Below, piece after piece: positions 30,856 through 41,137 of a stretch of 64,000 bases of DNA. The stretch is from positions 96,001 through 160,000 of the forward strand of contig CAVXEP010000007.1 of the NCBI GenBank assembly GCA_963760795.1, in the 5' to 3' direction. The DNA comes from an uncultured delta proteobacterium (GTDB taxonomy: Bacteria; Desulfobacterota; Binatia; UBA9968). The translations under genes and the position numbers were made by a program. Numbering within the stretch: position 1 is the first letter of the stretch; every line of letters starts with the position of its first letter. Below the pieces are notes generated by a model that was given only the letters and a program-made list of their open reading frames with translations, did no database searches and was not told where the DNA came from.

Positions 30856-31113
30856 ATTAGCCTCTACGACGTCCAGAAACTTTTCTTCCAGGTCAATCGT
30901 GATCCGAAGACGTTGGAACGCTTCCTCAAGGAGCGCGAAACACTGATTGCCGAATACCGGCTAACGGAGGAAGAGCGGCGCGCCGTCATGGCAACCGATT
31001 TTCGACTGCTCTACGAAATGGGAGTGCATTCGCTCTTGCTGGGTCCGCTGGCCGCCACGCTGGGCCTGAGCTTTCCAGATTATCTTGCGATCCTGCGAGG
31101 GCAACAGCCATGA
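30856..31113 (+). CDS. LigA-like small subunit of an extradiol dioxygenase (apparent ATT start)
   Basis: GAGGAG, 5 nt, ATT AGC CTC TAC = (M)SLYDVQKLFFQVNRDP, in frame with ORF 30913..31113 (YRLTEEERRA, LYEMGVHSLLL). Confidence 0.8.
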   Translation: MSLYDVQKLFFQVNRDPKTLERFLKERETLIAEYRLTEEERRAVMATDFRLLYEMGVHSLLLGPLAATLGLSFPDYLAILRGQQP

Positions 31114-31937
31114 GCCTCGTCGGCGCCTTTGCCGCCAGCCATGCGCCCGGCATTACCGGCCGCCCTGCGCTGCCGCCCGCGGCGGAGTCGGAGCCGATCT
31201 TGCGCGCGTACGATGAATTGCGCGCCCGGCTCATGGCGTTACAAGCGGATGTTTTGGTCGTCGTTGCGCCGGAGCACTGGGCGAATTTTTTCCTCGATAA
31301 TATGCCCTCGTTCTGCATCGGCATCGCCGACCAGTTCTGCGGACCGACGGACGAGAAGTTCGTCAATATTCCGCGCCAAAATGTCCGCGGTAATGCGCGG
31401 CTCGCGCGCGCGCTCGCCGAGGGCATTGCGGAAGAGGTGGACCTGGCAACTTCGCAGGAGCTGGCGTTAGATCACGGCGTAATGCTGCCGCTTCACTTAC
31501 TTCAAACCGAGCTGGCGATCATTCCCATTATCGTCAATTGTCTCGCAGGTATGCCCGCGCCGCTACACCGTTGTCATGCGCTCGGCGCAGCGATCCGGCG
31601 CACGGTGGATGGCTGGCCCGAGCGCGTCGCGTTGCTCGGCACGGGCGGGCTGTCGCACTGGCCGGCGATGCCGGAGTCGGGACGAATCGGCGTCGACTTC
31701 GACCGGCGTTTTCTCGAGGCATTCATCGGCGGCAGGATCGAGAGCTTTCTGCGCTATCCAAAAGAGCAGCTGGAAGCGGAAGCGGGGCCGGGTGGTCATG
31801 AGATTCGCACCTGGATCGCCGTCGCCGGCGCAGCGGGTGACGGGCAAGGATCATTGCTCGATTACCAGCCCGTGCCCGCGTGGTCGACCGGTTGCGCTGT
31901 CGCGGTGTTGCAGATCGAAGCAGCGAAACGGAGGTGA
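31110..31937 (+). CDS. LigB/MhpB-like extradiol dioxygenase catalytic subunit
   Basis: SHAPG, PEHWANFF, LDHG, TGGLSHWP, FDRRFL, EIRTW. Confidence 0.87.
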   Translation: MSLVGAFAASHAPGITGRPALPPAAESEPILRAYDELRARLMALQADVLVVVAPEHWANFFLDNMPSFCIGIADQFCGPTDEKFVNIPRQNVRGNARLARALAEGIAEEVDLATSQELALDHGVMLPLHLLQTELAIIPIIVNCLAGMPAPLHRCHALGAAIRRTVDGWPERVALLGTGGLSHWPAMPESGRIGVDFDRRFLEAFIGGRIESFLRYPKEQLEAEAGPGGHEIRTWIAVAGAAGDGQGSLLDYQPVPAWSTGCAVAVLQIEAAKRR

Positions 31938-31941
31938 GTCC

Positions 31942-33612
31942 ATGCGTGTCTACGAAGCCATCGGTGAAACGTTAAAAAAACTCGAAGTGCAGGCGACGTT
32001 CGGTCTGATGGGTGACGGCAATCTGCGTTTCATGACCCACCTGCACGACGAGTTGGGCATGCCCTACTACGCTTCGCGCCACGAAGGCGGCGCGGTAGCG
32101 ATGGCGGACGGCTACGCGCGCGTGACTGGCCGGGTGGGCGTTTGCAGCGTCACCCAAGGGCCGGGCGTGACCAACACGCTGACGGCGCTCACCGAGGCGC
32201 GCAAGGCCGGCTCACCTCTGCTGCTGCTCGCCGGCGATTCGCCGATGCGCTTTGTCCGCCACAACCAAGATGTCGATCAGACGGCGATTTTTAACTCTGT
32301 CGGCGTGGCTGTCGAGCGCGTGCGCGCTCCGGACACGGTCATCGCCGATGTCGCGCGTGGGTTCAATCGCGCGTGGGCCTCGCAGCGGCCGGTGGCCATG
32401 CAATTTCCCACCGATATGCAAGACCTGCCGTGCGACGCAACCGCGCTGCAAACGGTGTGCGCTCAGCGTCCGCCCGCCAGCCGGCCGCCGCCGGATGCTA
32501 TCAAACTGGCCGCCGATCTCGTCGCCGCTGCCAAGCGGCCGGCGATCATCGCTGGCCGCGGCGCTGTTCGGGCGAATGCCAAACAGTCGCTGGAAAATTT
32601 GGCGGAGCGGATCGGCGCGTTACTCGCGACCAGCGCCCAGGCCAAAGGTTTGTTTGCCGGCAATCCTTTCTACCTCGGCAGCTCCGGCGGCTTCGCTTCG
32701 GCGCTCGGCGAAAAGTTTTTGCCCGAAGCGGATTTGATTTTGGCGTTCGGCGCGAGCCTCAATCACTGGACGACGCGCAACCGCGAGCTGTTCGCCCCGT
32801 CCGCGCGGATCATTCACTGCGACGTGGAGCGCTCGGCGATCGGCGCGCTGACTGCCGTGGACCTTGGTTTGGCCGGCGACGCGGCGGCCAGCGCCGAAGC
32901 GCTGAGCGAGGAATTATCCCGCCGCGAAATCACCGCGATCGGCTTTCGCACGCCGGAGGTTCGAGGCGCGATCAACGCATTTCGTCTCGACGACTTCGCG
33001 GATCAAAGCAACGGCCGCACCATCGATCCGCGCACGCTGATGCTCAAGCTGGACACGATGTTGCCGCGCGAGCGCACGGTGGTGCTCGATAGCGGCCACT
33101 GCATGGGCTGGGCCGCCGTCTATCTCTCGGCGCCGGACGCCGCGGGTTTTATTTTTTCTAACGACTTCCAAGCGGTCGGTCTGGGGTTGGGAACCGCCTT
33201 CGGCGCGGCCATCGCGCGACCGGACCGTTTGACCGTCTTAACGCCGGGCGATGGCGCGCTGATGATGACTCTCGGCGAGTTAGAAACCTTCGTGCGCTAC
33301 AACATCCCGTTACTTGCCATCGCCATCAACGACGCAGCCTACGGCGCCGAGGTCCATCTGTTGCAAAATGTCGGACTGGCGTCGGACGGCGCGCTGTTCC
33401 GAGATAATGATTTTGCCGCGATCGCCGCCGCCATGGGCGCGCAGGGATTGACCGTCCGCGACGTTGCCGATCTCGACCGGCTGCAACCGTGGCTGGATCA
33501 GCCACGCGGGCCGATGGTCGTCGATTGCAAAATCGACCCGCAGATTCGCGGCGAATGGTTCGGCAAAGTTTTCGCCCCCGGCGGTTGGTACCAGCGCATG
33601 TGCGGGCATTGA
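31942..33612 (+). CDS. Thiamine diphosphate-dependent enzyme (acetolactate synthase/decarboxylase-like)
   Basis: RHEGGAVAMADGYAR, GPGVTN, GDGALMM...NDAAYG; ATG 31942 after ggaggt. Confidence 0.9.
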   Translation: MRVYEAIGETLKKLEVQATFGLMGDGNLRFMTHLHDELGMPYYASRHEGGAVAMADGYARVTGRVGVCSVTQGPGVTNTLTALTEARKAGSPLLLLAGDSPMRFVRHNQDVDQTAIFNSVGVAVERVRAPDTVIADVARGFNRAWASQRPVAMQFPTDMQDLPCDATALQTVCAQRPPASRPPPDAIKLAADLVAAAKRPAIIAGRGAVRANAKQSLENLAERIGALLATSAQAKGLFAGNPFYLGSSGGFASALGEKFLPEADLILAFGASLNHWTTRNRELFAPSARIIHCDVERSAIGALTAVDLGLAGDAAASAEALSEELSRREITAIGFRTPEVRGAINAFRLDDFADQSNGRTIDPRTLMLKLDTMLPRERTVVLDSGHCMGWAAVYLSAPDAAGFIFSNDFQAVGLGLGTAFGAAIARPDRLTVLTPGDGALMMTLGELETFVRYNIPLLAIAINDAAYGAEVHLLQNVGLASDGALFRDNDFAAIAAAMGAQGLTVRDVADLDRLQPWLDQPRGPMVVDCKIDPQIRGEWFGKVFAPGGWYQRMCGH

Positions 33613-33621
33613 AATGCGACT

Positions 33622-33762
33622 GTTCAAGACGTTCAAACCAGTTCAACCGCTGCGCTCCGTCAAGACGTTTGAACGTTGCACTTGAAGGCACAGAGTTCGC
33701 AGAGTTCGGAGGTTATTTGATCATTCACTCTTTACTCCGCGTCCTCGGCGCCTCCGCGGTGA
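33622..33762. repeat. gttcaa repeat followed by a cgcagag/ctccgcg periodic inverted repeat
   Basis: gttcaagacgttcaaaccagttcaaccgctgcgctccg; gcacagagttcgcagag ... ctccgcgtcctcggcgcctccgcggtga. Confidence 0.7.
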
Positions 33763-33798
33763 GTCATCTTCTGTCCCCCTTTCCCTAATCTTTCCTGC

Positions 33799-33827
33799 TT
33801 GACGCTCCGAACCACCTGACGTAAAAG
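33799..33827 (+). promoter_or_regulatory. Possible sigma70 promoter of the GAF kinase
   Basis: TTGACG-17 nt-TAAAAG, 27 nt before ATG 33855. Confidence 0.35.
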
Positions 33828-33854
33828 TCAGCGAGCCCGATCTCGGTCTATTTT

Positions 33855-36800
33855 ATGGCTTCCACCACAAAGAAAGGTTCCCGGAAAACCAAGGCAAAGC
33901 CGCGCCGCGCGGTGGTGAAAAAGTCACAGCCGAAAAAAGTAGAAAACATTCAGTCATTGCGTCGCGAACGCGACGAGTTACTCGCGCGGGAGGCGGCGAC
34001 CAGCGAGATCCTGCGGATGATCGCGCGCGCGCCGGCAGATCTTCAATCGGTGATGGATACGATTGCGGAGAGTGCTGCTAGGTTGTGTGATGCCAAGGAT
34101 GCATTGATCTTTCGCGTCGAGGGTGATGTTCAGCAACGGGTGGCGGTATTTGGAGCAATGCCAACGACAGCTATTGGAATGCGCGGCATTACTCGTGGGA
34201 CTCCCGTGGGCCGAGCTATCATCGATCGGCAAACGATTCACATACATGACATCGCGGAAGAGATTGAAACAGAGTTCCCAGAATACAGGACTGTCCAAAA
34301 AGCTACCGGCATTAGAACCGCGCTCGCCACACCGCTTATGCGCGATGGCGCGCCTTTCGGCGTGATCAACATCCGCCGCATGGAAGTGCGCCCTTTCACG
34401 GACAAACAAATAAAACTGCTCGAAACCTTCGCCGATCAGGCGGTGATCGCGATCGAGAACGCGCGGCTTATTCACGAGCAACAGGCGCGCAATCGTGACC
34501 TCACCGAAGCGCTGGAGCAGCAGACCGCGACGAGCGAAATCTTGCGTGTGATCGCCAGCTCGCCGACGGATATCCAACCGGTGTTGGATGTGGTCGCGGA
34601 AAATGCGGCGCGGCTGTGCGACGCGAAAGACGCTCTGATCTATCGCGTCGACGGTGATGTGCTTCCGGGTAGTGGCGCAGCTATGGTCCGATGCCATGCG
34701 AGCCGGCACGCTTGCGCCCGATCACTCGCGGTCATACCCGCCGGCCGAGCCGTGGTCGACCGGCAAACGATTCACGTCCACGACCTGGCGGCGAGCGCGA
34801 AACCGAGTTTCCCGGAATCTACGGCTTGCCAGCAGGCAGTGGCACTCGCACCTTACTCGCCACGCCATTGCTGCGGGAGGGTGTAGCTATCGGGTGCATT
34901 GGATTCGCCGCACGGAGGTTCGACCTTTCACCGACAAGCAGATCGCTCTTCTCAAAACCTTCGCCGACCAGGCCGTGATCGCCATCGAGAACGTGCGGCT
35001 TGTTCAAGGAACTCGGGAGCGCAACGCGGAATTGCGCGAGGCCCTGGAGCATCAGACGGCGACGGCCGAGGTGCTCGGCATCATCAGCCGCTCGCCGACC
35101 GACGTGCAGCCGGTCCTCGACGCCATCGTCGAGAGCGCCGCCCGGGTTTGTGGGATCGATGACGTGGTGCTGCGACTCCACGAGGGGAACACTATGGTTC
35201 CGCGGGCTCATTTTGGTCCCATACCCATTGGCCGCGTCGAGATCAGTATTGATGAGCCACAGTATCGCTGGATGCGCGAGCATGGCACGCTCCACATTCC
35301 CGACGTCCGCGCGCAGAACGATTTCCCAATGTTGGGTTCCGCCGGCAACTTCCGCACCTTCTTGGCCGCTCCCCTTCGTCAGCAGGGGGAACTCATTGGA
35401 TTGCTGAACGCACGTCGCATCGAGGTGCGCCCCTTCACCCCGGCGCAGATCAAGCTCCTCGAAACCTTCGCCGACCAGGCGGTGATCGCCATCGAGAACG
35501 TGCGGCTGTTCCAAGAACTCAAGGAGTCGTTGGAGCAGCAGACCGCGACGAGTGAAATTCTTGGGCGTCATCGCCAGCTCGCCGACCGATATTCAGCCGG
35601 TGTTGGACAGTAGTCGCCGAGAACGCCGCGCGGCTGTGCGAGGCCGATGATGCAGCATCATTCGCTGTCGACGGCGAGATGTTCACTCGACTGGTCGGCA
35701 TCTATGGATCCGATGCCGAACGCGCGCGAGGCATGACCGCCGATTCGCCGCGACAGTCGCAGCCGGCCGAGCCGTGATCGACCGGCAGACGATCCATATT
35801 CACGACATTCGCTGCCGAGCGTGAAGCCAAGATTTCCCGGACGCTCGAGCTGATCGGAAGCGTATCGGGAGCTCGAACATTCTTGGCTACGCCGCTGCTG
35901 CGCGAGGGCGTGCCCATCGGAGCGATCGTCAATTCGCCGCACCGAGGTCCGTCCTTTCACCGACAAGCAGATCGCGCTTCTCAAAACCTTCGCCGACCAG
36001 GCCGTCATCGCCATCGAGAACGTGCGGCTTGTTCAAGGAACTCGGCGAGCGCAACGCGGAATTGCGCGAGGCCCTGGAGCATCAGACGGCAACGGCCGAG
36101 GTGCTCGGCATCATCAGCCGCTCGCCCACGGACGTGCAGCCGGTGCTCGACGCCATCGTCGAGAGCGCCGCGCGGGTTTGTGGGATTGATGACGTGGTGC
36201 TGCGACTCCGCGAGGGGAACGCTATGGTTCCGCGGGCTCATTTTGGTCCCATACCCATCGGCCGCGTCGAGATCAGTATTGATGAGCCACAGTATCGCTG
36301 GATGCGCGAGCATGGCACGCTCCACGTTCCCGACGTCCGCGCAGCAGAACGATTTTCCAACGTTGGGTTCCGCCGGCGGCTTGCGCACCTTCTTAGCCGC
36401 TCCCCTTCGTCAGCAGGGGGAACTCATTGGAACGCTGACCGCACGTCGCACCGAGGTGCGCCCCTTCACCCCGGCGCAGATCAAGCTGCTAGAAACCTTC
36501 GCGCGGTTCAGAAGTGGCGCAGCAATGATCGATCGCGAAACTGTCCACACCGCTGACATGTCGAGTCCCGAGGCTCAAGCCGAATTCCCTGGCCTCTCGG
36601 CTAACGCTCAGCAAACCGGGATCAGGACTGTCTTGATAATGCCGTTGCTCCGAGAAGGAGTTTCCATCGGAGCGATTCACGTTCGCCGCACGGAAGTCCG
36701 CCCCTTCACCGATAAGCAAATCGCACTGCTGAAAACCTTCGCCGACCAGGCGGTGATCGCCATCGAGAACGTCCGGCTGTTCCAAGAACTCAAGGAATCA

Positions 36801-38568
36801 CTGGAGCAGCAGACGGCGACGAGTGAAATCTTGGGCGTGATCGCCAGCTCGCCGACGGATATTCAGCCGGTGCTGGACGCTGATCGCTAGAAAGCTGCCG
36901 CGCGCTTGTGCGACGCAACCGACGCTCAGATTCATCGCGTCGACGGTGACATGCTATCGAGTCGGTGGCTCATCACGGATCCGATGCCGCTCATTCGGGG
37001 CCGATGACGCTATAGACCGTAGCGTTCGTGGCCGAGCCATTCATTGACGAGCAGAACAATCCACGTCCACGACTTGCGCCAGTGAGGCGCAGAGCTGAAT
37101 TTCCGGAGGCTCGAGCACAACCAGTCGGGCACCCGCACATGCCTTGCCACGCCGCTGCTGCGAGAAGGTGTCGCGATCGGAGTTATTAGTGATTCGCCGC
37201 ACGGAGGTCCGTCCTTTCACCGACAAGCAGATCGCACTGCTCAAAACCTTCGCCGACCAGGCCGTGATCGCCATCGAGAACGTGCGGTTGTTCAAAGAAC
37301 TGGATGAGCGAACCAACGAATTGACACGCTCGGTGGGCGAGCTCAAAGCGCTCGGCGAAGTCGGTCAAGCGGTCAGCTCGACTCTCGATCTCGAAACCGT
37401 GCTGACGCGCATCGTTTCCCACGCGGTCCAGTTGAGCGGCACCGACGGCGGGGCGATTTACGAATACGACGAAGCCTCCGAAGAGTTTCACCTGCGCGCC
37501 ACCGATCACATGGAAGAGGAACTCATCAATGCGCTGCGCGCCAATCCGCCTCGGCTGGGCGATGGCGTGGTCGGGCCGGGCGGCGGCGAGCCGTGAACCG
37601 GTCCAGGTTCCCAATATTTTAGAAGAGCGCGCTTACGCGCCGCGCATGCGCCAGATGCTCGAGCGCTTCGGTTTTCGCGCCAGCCTGGCGGTTCCCTTGC
37701 TGCGCGAAGACCGCATCATCGGCGGCTTGGTGGTGCGGCGAAAATCCACCGGCGAGTTTCGCCCCGAAGTGATCGAGCTTTTGAAAACCTTCGCGACCCA
37801 GTCAGTCTTGGCGATCCAAAACGCCCGGCTGTTCCGCGAGATCGAGGAAAAGAGCCGGCAGATCGAAGCCGCCAACCGGCACAAGTCAGAGTTCCTCGCC
37901 AACATGTCCCATGAGCTGCGCACGCCGCTCAACGCCATCATCGGCTTCTCCGAAGTCTTGCAGGAAAGATTCTTCGGCGAGCTAAATGAGAAACAAGCCG
38001 AGTACACCGACGACATTCTCACCTCCGGCCGCCATCTGCTCTCACTGATCAATGAGATTCTCGATCTGTCCAAGGTCGAAGCCGGCCGCATGGAGCTGGA
38101 GCTGGCGACGTTCGATCTCCCGTTGGCAATCGACAATGCGCGCACCTTCGTGCGCGAGCGCGCTACCACGCACGGCATCACGATCGATGTCTCGGTCGAC
38201 GAGCGTCTTGGCGACATCGTCGGCGATGAGCGTAAGATTAAACAGATTCTGCTCAATCTGCTTTCCAACGCGGTCAAGTTCACCCCGGAGGGAGGACGGA
38301 TTGGAATCAACGCCAGGCAGACCGACGGCTCGGTGGAAATCTCGGTAACTGACACCGGCATCGGCATCGCCGAGGAGGACCAGCCCAAGATCTTCGAGGA
38401 GTTCCGCCAGGTGGGCACCGACTACGCGCACAAGGTCGAGGGGACCGGACTGGGGTTAACGCTGGCCAAGAAGTTCGTCGAGCTGCATGGCGGAAAGATC
38501 TGGGTGGAGAGCGAAGTGGGGAAAGGCAGTCGACCTTTATTTTTACGCTGCCGATCCACTCGGCGTAA
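33855..38568 (+). CDS. Cytoplasmic multi-GAF (about 8 domains) sensor histidine kinase, many frameshifts
   Basis: Repeated [29 protein letters not shown] units; His[16 protein letters not shown]; HATPase NAVKFT, DTGIGI, GTGLGL. Confidence 0.88.
34910..36502 (+). repeat. Intragenic near-identical direct repeat of one GAF unit (~34910-35471 and ~35940-36502)
   Basis: Both encode [54 protein letters not shown]...[29 protein letters not shown] with nearly identical DNA. Confidence 0.9.
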
Positions 38569-38605
38569 GGGGTGAAAGGTAAGGAGTAAGGGCGCTGCAG
38601 TGGGA

Positions 38606-38770
38606 AAACTCGAAGCACGAAATCCGAAACAAATTCAAATGATCCAAACGCTACAAATTCAAAACGAGCCCAAATCGGCATCGAGGTTTTGGATTTTCTG
38701 AGAAATATTTCGAACTCTGTTTGTCTGGGTCTGTGTGGGATTTCGTGCTTCGGATTTCGGATTTTGATTC
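38606..38770. repeat. tccgaaacaaattc/tttcggattt imperfect inverted repeat
   Basis: cgaagcacgaaatccgaaacaaattc ... ggatttcgtgcttcggatttcggatttt. Confidence 0.7.
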
Positions 38771-38814
38771 GTAATTGTGGTGCGACAAACTTTCTTGAAG
38801 AAGGAGAAGAAAAA

Positions 38815-39294
38815 ATGTCTCTACAGGTGAAGCGCGAAAATATGCCGGAGAAAAAGGTCGTGCTCAAGACCGGCGAGGGCGAAGGCTCGATGATCATTCG
38901 CCAGGCCTACGGTAACGAGAGCAGCCTCCTGGTCGCCTTGCGGCCGCCGGGCTATCACACGCGGCCGCACATGCACGCGTCGGAGCAAATCAACCATGTG
39001 CTCGAAGGCGAAATCTGGTTCTTCGTGGAAGACCAAGGTTATCACTGCATGAAGGGGGATTTTCACAGAATCCCGGCCAATCGTGTTCACTGGGCGTGGA
39101 ACCGTTCCAACGCCGTCACCACGGTGGTCGAGTCTCATTCGCCGCCGCTGGTCGGCGGCGATCTCCGAGATGGCGCGGCGGGATTGTTTGACGAAAATGA
39201 AAGTCCGCAGCTGCGAGCGGAAGGCGAGAATAAATTTGTTGCGTATGATTCGGCAAAGGTCGAAAGCAAGTACTTCTCCGGTAAGGAACGATAG
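38815..39294 (+). CDS. Cupin domain protein
   Basis: PHMHASEQINHVLEG and GDFHRIPANRVHW motifs; RBS aaggag. Confidence 0.87.
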   Translation: MSLQVKRENMPEKKVVLKTGEGEGSMIIRQAYGNESSLLVALRPPGYHTRPHMHASEQINHVLEGEIWFFVEDQGYHCMKGDFHRIPANRVHWAWNRSNAVTTVVESHSPPLVGGDLRDGAAGLFDENESPQLRAEGENKFVAYDSAKVESKYFSGKER

Positions 39295-39338
39295 CTATCG
39301 ATGTTTTCAGATCAATGGGTAAGAGAAATTCTAGGAGT

Positions 39339-39433
39339 GCTTCGACTAAGCTCATACTTCGCAAGCTCAGCAGAACGGAAAAGCCCAAATGAGTTTCATT
39401 ATCCCTCCGTTCGCCCTGAGCTACGTCGAAGGG
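39339..39433. repeat. cccttcgac-agctcagggcgaacgg family repeat pair
   Basis: Degenerate forward copy 39339-39378 and inverted copy ccgttcgccctgagctacgtcgaaggg 39407-39433. Confidence 0.75.
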
Positions 39434-39471
39434 TTCCGACAAGCAATTGCTAATACGCGGAATCTGGATCG

Positions 39472-39804
39472 ATGAGTTTCTGGGTTTACATTCTGCGATG
39501 TTCAGACAACTCCTACTACACCGGGCATACCGACAATCTTGAAGACCGGATCGCAAAACATAAGTCAGGTGAAATTGAGGGCTACACTTCGACGCGACTT
39601 CCAGCGAGGTTAATGTTTTCAGAGCAATTCCCAACCAGGGAAGAAGCTTTAACTTGTGAGCGACAGATCAAAGGCTGGAGTAGGAAGAAGAAGGAAGCAC
39701 TGATGCGCGGAGATTGGAATGAGATTTCACAGTTAGCTCATCGAAATTACTCGGACGCAAAACTCCTTAGGAGCCCTTCGACAAAGCTCTGGGCGAACGG
39801 TTAA
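39472..39804 (+). CDS. Small GIY-YIG nuclease (UPF0213/YhbQ-like)
   Basis: WVYILRCSDNSYYTGHTDNLEDRIAKH, GYTSTRLP, EALTCERQIKGWSRKKKEAL. Confidence 0.92.
   Translation: MSFWVYILRCSDNSYYTGHTDNLEDRIAKHKSGEIEGYTSTRLPARLMFSEQFPTREEALTCERQIKGWSRKKKEALMRGDWNEISQLAHRNYSDAKLLRSPSTKLWANG
39774..39800. repeat. cccttcgac-agctcagggcgaacgg family repeat overlapping the 3' end of the GIY-YIG gene
   Basis: cccttcgacaaagctctgggcgaacgg matches the reverse complement of 39407-39433 at 24/27 positions. Confidence 0.85.
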
Positions 39805-39832
39805 GAATCGAACTGAAACAAGGAAATAACAA

Positions 39833-40831
39833 ATGAATTTGCGTTATCGCCAAGTTGTTTTGTTCTCGCTTATCTGTTTTGTCGTCGGATTTTCTTCGGA
39901 TTCGATTTCCGCTCAAGAACTGAAGCGGCTTCGCTACGGCACTACGATTAGCACGGTCAATCTACCCGTCTGGGTTGCCAAGGAGAGCCGCCTGTTTGCC
40001 AAGCACGGGCTCGACCCGGAAGTGATCATGATTCAGGCCGGCGCTTTGACGACGCTGGCGATTATCAGCGGCGAGTTACAATTCTCCGGCGCCGGCGCTG
40101 CTTCGGTTTTGGCGGCGCGGATTAAAGGCGGCGATATTACTCTCGTCGCATGTCCGGCCGATTCCGATCTCGTCTATTTGATGGCGCGGCCTGAGATAAA
40201 GAGCGCCGCCGAGCTTAAAGGTAAATCAAGCGCGGTGACTCGCCTGGGCTCGACGACGCACTTCTATTTGCGCGCCGCTCTCAAATACGCCGGCCTTAAT
40301 CCGGAGAAGGATGTGACGATTCTCCAATTGGGAACGGAATACGCGGCGGCGTTGGAAACCGGCAGAATCGCCGCCGCGGCGTTGCCGTTCGATCTTGCCT
40401 TGCCTTACCTGCAAAGAGGCTGGCCGATTCTGTTGGATTTGTCCAAGACCGATTTCGTCTATCCGGCCTCCTGCGTGGTGAGCAGCCGGGCCTTCGTGAA
40501 GGACAATGCCGATACCGTGGAACGTTTTCTCAAAGCGTATATAGAAGCGATCCATCTGATGAAAAAAGATCACGGCGCCGGCGAAAGGGCCTACAACAAG
40601 TGGCTCAAACCGAAAGAGCCGCTGCTCGCCAAACGGGCGGTGGAAGCCTACGCGAACTTGTTCAAGCCGATTCCGCGGGTCACGGATCGGGGCATTCAAG
40701 CGGTCTTGGAGGATCTCGCGTTATCGACTGCGGTGCCGAAGGAGCTCATCGACCGTCCGGACTATTTTCGCGACAATGGGCCGTTGGAAAAATTGGTCGC
40801 CAGCGGCTGGATCGAACAACTCAGGAAATAG
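39833..40831 (+). CDS. NitT/TauT-family ABC substrate-binding protein
   Basis: Signal peptide, LPVWVAKE, FAKHGLD, LKGK. Confidence 0.9.
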   Translation: MNLRYRQVVLFSLICFVVGFSSDSISAQELKRLRYGTTISTVNLPVWVAKESRLFAKHGLDPEVIMIQAGALTTLAIISGELQFSGAGAASVLAARIKGGDITLVACPADSDLVYLMARPEIKSAAELKGKSSAVTRLGSTTHFYLRAALKYAGLNPEKDVTILQLGTEYAAALETGRIAAAALPFDLALPYLQRGWPILLDLSKTDFVYPASCVVSSRAFVKDNADTVERFLKAYIEAIHLMKKDHGAGERAYNKWLKPKEPLLAKRAVEAYANLFKPIPRVTDRGIQAVLEDLALSTAVPKELIDRPDYFRDNGPLEKLVASGWIEQLRK

Positions 40832-40923
40832 CGCGGTAGATCAATTCACCACGAAGTGTCCATGAGCTAACGCTCGCAACAGAAATGAAATCGGATGGAA
40901 TTCCTCGCAAGCGGTCGCTAACG

Positions 40924-40996
40924 CGTCATTCCGCGCACGCGGAATCCAGGATGGTCTGCGCCATTAGCCTGGATACCCGCTTTCGCGGGTACGACG
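40924..40996. repeat. gtcattcccgc-gcgggaatccag (dRS3-like) inverted repeat pair
   Basis: cgtcattccgcgcacgcggaatccagg ... cctggatacccgctttcgcgggtacgacg. Confidence 0.8.
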
Positions 40997-41137
40997 GAAC
41001 CAGGTACTCTTCATTCCGGAGACCTTGCCCTACATGCATTTCTCAAGGAGGTCATCAAGGACAGTAAACTTCGCTGGCGTCTTGCGCGCGATAAAATTTC
41101 TTGACGCCGTTTTGTTGAACAATTCAAGAGCAAGGTT

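Noticed and set aside
34910-36502. GAF duplication as a diversity-generating retroelement TR/VR pair
   Set aside because: No reverse transcriptase in the window, both copies are coding, and differences are not obviously adenine-specific.
33855-38568. Calling the frameshifted genes pseudogenes or programmed frameshifts
   Set aside because: Lesions are scattered single-base indels with motifs otherwise intact and no consistent slippery site; sequencing error is more parsimonious.
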